Shown here: piece after piece, positions 61,630-64,000 of the stretch
Layout: each line of letters starts with the position of its first letter
How positions within the stretch are numbered: position 1 is the stretch's first letter
Source of the DNA: Methanobacteriota archaeon
GTDB lineage: Archaea; Thermoplasmatota; Thermoplasmata; Methanomassiliicoccales; UBA472
Assembly (NCBI GenBank): GCA_021372315.1
Contig: JAJFUT010000109.1
Coordinates: 3,759 to 67,758 of the forward strand
Length of the DNA: 64,000 nucleotides
Direction of reading: 5' to 3'
Program-made: the position numbers and the translations under genes
The notes under the pieces: generated by a model
Seen by the model: only the letters and a program-made list of their open reading frames with translations
Told to the model about the DNA's origin: nothing
Database searches by the model: none

Positions 61630-62874
61630 ATGCCAGAGAAGGTACAGGGCGAGACGCTTACGGATCGCCAAAAATATGATTTCAAGAGGGACCTGGAGGA
61701 GATCAGAACTCTGAAGGGGAGGGGCACAGAGCTCATCTCAGTGTATGTGCCGCCCAGCAAGATGATCTCCGACGTCGCAGCCTACCTGCGCGACGAGTTC
61801 TCACAGGCTTCGAACATCAAATCGCAGGGCACCCGCAAGAACGTGCAGGGGGCCATCCAGTCGATACTCGCTCGACTGAAGTACTTCAAGGCGCCGCCAC
61901 CGAACGGGGTCGTCTTCTTCGTAGGCGAGATCGCGACGACCGGCGACCAGACGAGGATGGTGCAGTACACGCTCATCCCTCCAGACCCGATCACGACCTT
62001 CCTTTACCGATGCGATTCCGACTTCTTCCTTGAGCCGCTCGAGGGCATGCTCGAGGACAAGAAGGTCTACGGGCTCATCGTCATCGACAGGTCCGAGGCG
62101 ACGCTCGGCGTTCTGCGAGGAAAGCGCATCAACGTCATACGCAACTTCGATTCCCTCGTCCCGAGCAAGCACAGGATGGGCGGACAGTCAGCACAGCGAT
62201 TCGAACGTCTGATCGAGATCGCGGCCAACGAGTTCTACAAGAGGGTCGCGGACATGGCGACGGACTCCTTCCTCAACCTTCCCGGACTTCAGGGAATACT
62301 CATCGGAGGCCCTGGCCCGACGAAGAACTACTTCGCAGATTCATCCTATCTCCACCATGAGCTTCAGAAGAAGGTCATCGACACGTACGATATCGGCTAC
62401 ACCGACGAGTACGGGCTCAAGGAGCTAGTGGACAAGGCCAAGGAATCGCTCTACGACCTCGACCTCATGAGGGAGAAGCGTCTGATCCTCAGGCTTCTCG
62501 AGGAGATCAGGAAGAACGAGGGGAGCCTCGCAACTTATGGAGAGGACGAGGTCCGGCATATGCTGACGGTCGGTCAGGTGGACACCCTGCTCCTGTCGGA
62601 AGGCCTCAGGAAGAGGAGGCTCGCATTGAAGTGCTCCTCCTGCGGCTTCGAGGGCAGCATCACCGTCCCGAAGACACCCGAGGTCGTGCGATGCCCGAAA
62701 TGCGACCAGGTCGCAGAGGTCGTTTCGGACGTGGACATCGTTGACGAGCTTTTCGAGCTCGCCGCCGGCATGGGCTCGAAGGTGGAGCTCATCTCGACCG
62801 AGTCCGAGGAAGGGGACATGCTCCTGAAGGCCTTCGGCGGCATCGCGGCAATACTCCGTTTCACAACGAGTTGA
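61630..62874 (+). CDS. prf1: peptide chain release factor aRF1
   Basis: NIKS motif (QASNIKSQGTRKN), GGQ (HRMGGQSAQRF), C-terminal Zn-ribbon insert CSSCG...CPKC. ATG at 61630 is preceded by AAGGT. An in-frame TTG at 61621 is the alternative start. Confidence 0.92.
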   Translation: MPEKVQGETLTDRQKYDFKRDLEEIRTLKGRGTELISVYVPPSKMISDVAAYLRDEFSQASNIKSQGTRKNVQGAIQSILARLKYFKAPPPNGVVFFVGEIATTGDQTRMVQYTLIPPDPITTFLYRCDSDFFLEPLEGMLEDKKVYGLIVIDRSEATLGVLRGKRINVIRNFDSLVPSKHRMGGQSAQRFERLIEIAANEFYKRVADMATDSFLNLPGLQGILIGGPGPTKNYFADSSYLHHELQKKVIDTYDIGYTDEYGLKELVDKAKESLYDLDLMREKRLILRLLEEIRKNEGSLATYGEDEVRHMLTVGQVDTLLLSEGLRKRRLALKCSSCGFEGSITVPKTPEVVRCPKCDQVAEVVSDVDIVDELFELAAGMGSKVELISTESEEGDMLLKAFGGIAAILRFTTS

Positions 62875-62878
62875 TCCA

Positions 62879-64000
62879 ATGGACCCAATGGAATCGTTCG
62901 GCGAAGAAGTGCGAAGGTTGACGAACGAGGCGCTGGCGAAGCTCGGCGTCGAGGCGCAGCTCGAAATCGACGTCGGACCTGCGGACATGGCCGATTTCGC
63001 CATCCCCTGCTTCCCGCTCGCGAAGAAGCTCCGCAAGGCCCCGGCGGCCATCGCGGAGGACATCGCCGCGGCGGTAGTCCCTTCTGACAGGATATCCAAG
63101 GTCTGGGCCGCGAACGGTTATCTCAACTTCAAGATAAACGAGGCGTTGCTGGCGTCCCTGACGATGAAGGCGGTCCTGTCCGAGAAGGAGCTGTACGGCA
63201 CGGGTGAAAGGAAACCGCAGAAGGTCCTGCTAGAGCACACGTCCGTCAATCCGACAGGGCCGATCCACGTCGGAAGGGCCAGGAACCCACTCATCGGCGA
63301 CACTCTGTGCCGCTGCCTGAGGCGCGCCGGATACGATGTCACGACCGAGTACTATGTCAACGACGTCGGCAAGCAGGTGGTCCTGCTCGCATGGGGCATA
63401 ATGAACGTCCCCGAGTCCGAGGTGCCTCCGGCCGACCGCGACAAGACGGACCATATGCTCGTCGGATACTATCGCAAGGCCAACGAGCGCATGGAGAGCG
63501 ACCCGGCGGTCGTCAAGCAGATATCCGACATGCTCGTCAAGTTCGAGGCCGGCGACCCGGCCACGGCCGAACAGGTCGGGGAGACGGCCGAGAGGATGCT
63601 CCAGGGCATCCGCTCCAGCCTGGAGAGGGTCTCGGTCAACGTCGACCAGTACACGTGGGAATCCAAGTTCATCATCAACGGAGCGGCCAAGGAGGTCGTC
63701 TCCAAGCTGAAGGCATCCCCCAGATGCTCTGAGGAGAACGGCGCAAGCTACCTCGAGCTGGACGAGCTCAGCAGGCAGGGAAAGAGCACCAAGTTCTTCT
63801 TCACCAGGAGCGACGGCACGACGCTCTACACGACGAGGGACCTGGCCTACCATCTCGACAAGTTCAAGCGCGCCGACGTGTGCATCAACGTCCTGGGCGA
63901 GGACCAGAAGCTCGGCATGCTGCACCTCGTCGCCGCATTGAAGATCATGGGGGAGACGAAGGCTCCCGAGTGCGTCTACTACGCGTTCGTCTCACTTCCC
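62879..64000 (+). CDS. argS: arginine--tRNA ligase, N-terminal ~374 codons (continues beyond the window)
   Basis: ATG at 62879, MDPMESFGEEVRRL.... The HIGH region is HTSVNPTGPIHVGRARN. The frame stays open to the window end, so it is absent from the ORF track. Confidence 0.9.
   Translation, partial: MDPMESFGEEVRRLTNEALAKLGVEAQLEIDVGPADMADFAIPCFPLAKKLRKAPAAIAEDIAAAVVPSDRISKVWAANGYLNFKINEALLASLTMKAVLSEKELYGTGERKPQKVLLEHTSVNPTGPIHVGRARNPLIGDTLCRCLRRAGYDVTTEYYVNDVGKQVVLLAWGIMNVPESEVPPADRDKTDHMLVGYYRKANERMESDPAVVKQISDMLVKFEAGDPATAEQVGETAERMLQGIRSSLERVSVNVDQYTWESKFIINGAAKEVVSKLKASPRCSEENGASYLELDELSRQGKSTKFFFTRSDGTTLYTTRDLAYHLDKFKRADVCINVLGEDQKLGMLHLVAALKIMGETKAPECVYYAFVSLP

Noticed and set aside
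63230-63925. 231-aa minus-strand ORF
   Set aside because: It is antisense to argS, whose frame carries the HIGH region and stays open to the window end.
1-64000. Scan for CRISPR arrays, rRNA genes, IS elements, integrases or long direct repeats
   Set aside because: I noticed no regularly spaced repeats, rRNA-like segments or transposase/integrase ORFs. The only repeat-like structure is the tandem TBP gene triplet.

Overview
This 64-kb window reads as an archaeal chromosome segment. It has archaeal-type GAPDH, aRF1, RpoN/Rpo10, eL18, TBP, DTD2 and long PheS-alpha. An AGT-EndoV fusion and an HdrD-like gene point to a Thermoplasmata-like, possibly Methanomassiliicoccales-type, euryarchaeon, but that placement is inference only. 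Coding density is high, with about 70 genes. Two hand-counted 100-nt samples of ordinary genes gave 59-62% GC.

Core content:
- ilvC-ilvB
- a complete DapL-type lysine operon (lrp-dapA-dapB-lysC-lysA-dapF-dapL)
- gap and pgk
- folP, thiL and bioY
- trpS-trmO-pheS, dtdA, pyrH, prf1 and argS
- an rpl18e-rpl13-rps9-rpoN cluster followed by tRNA-Pro(GGG)

I found no rRNA, CRISPR array, transposase or integrase.

Main points of interest:
1. A tightly coupled E1 - ubiquitin-like - UBC-type E2 - JAMM operon at 51.2-53.4 kb, with no RING E3.
2. Next to it, a ~2-kb AT-rich islet carrying an AbiEi/AbiEii-like pair whose toxin gene is broken.
3. A 1350-aa DUF4011/Upf1-like helicase with a degenerate Vsr/DUF559-like nuclease tail, sitting where rpoD normally precedes rpl18e.
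4. Three tandem TBP paralogues. The middle one has lost its ATG frame at a G-run.
5. A Val/Ile/Leu-rich mini-ORF plus three hairpins in the ilvB leader.
6. A patch of decayed genes at 2.5-3.5 kb.

All domain calls come from reading motifs by eye. No database search was run.
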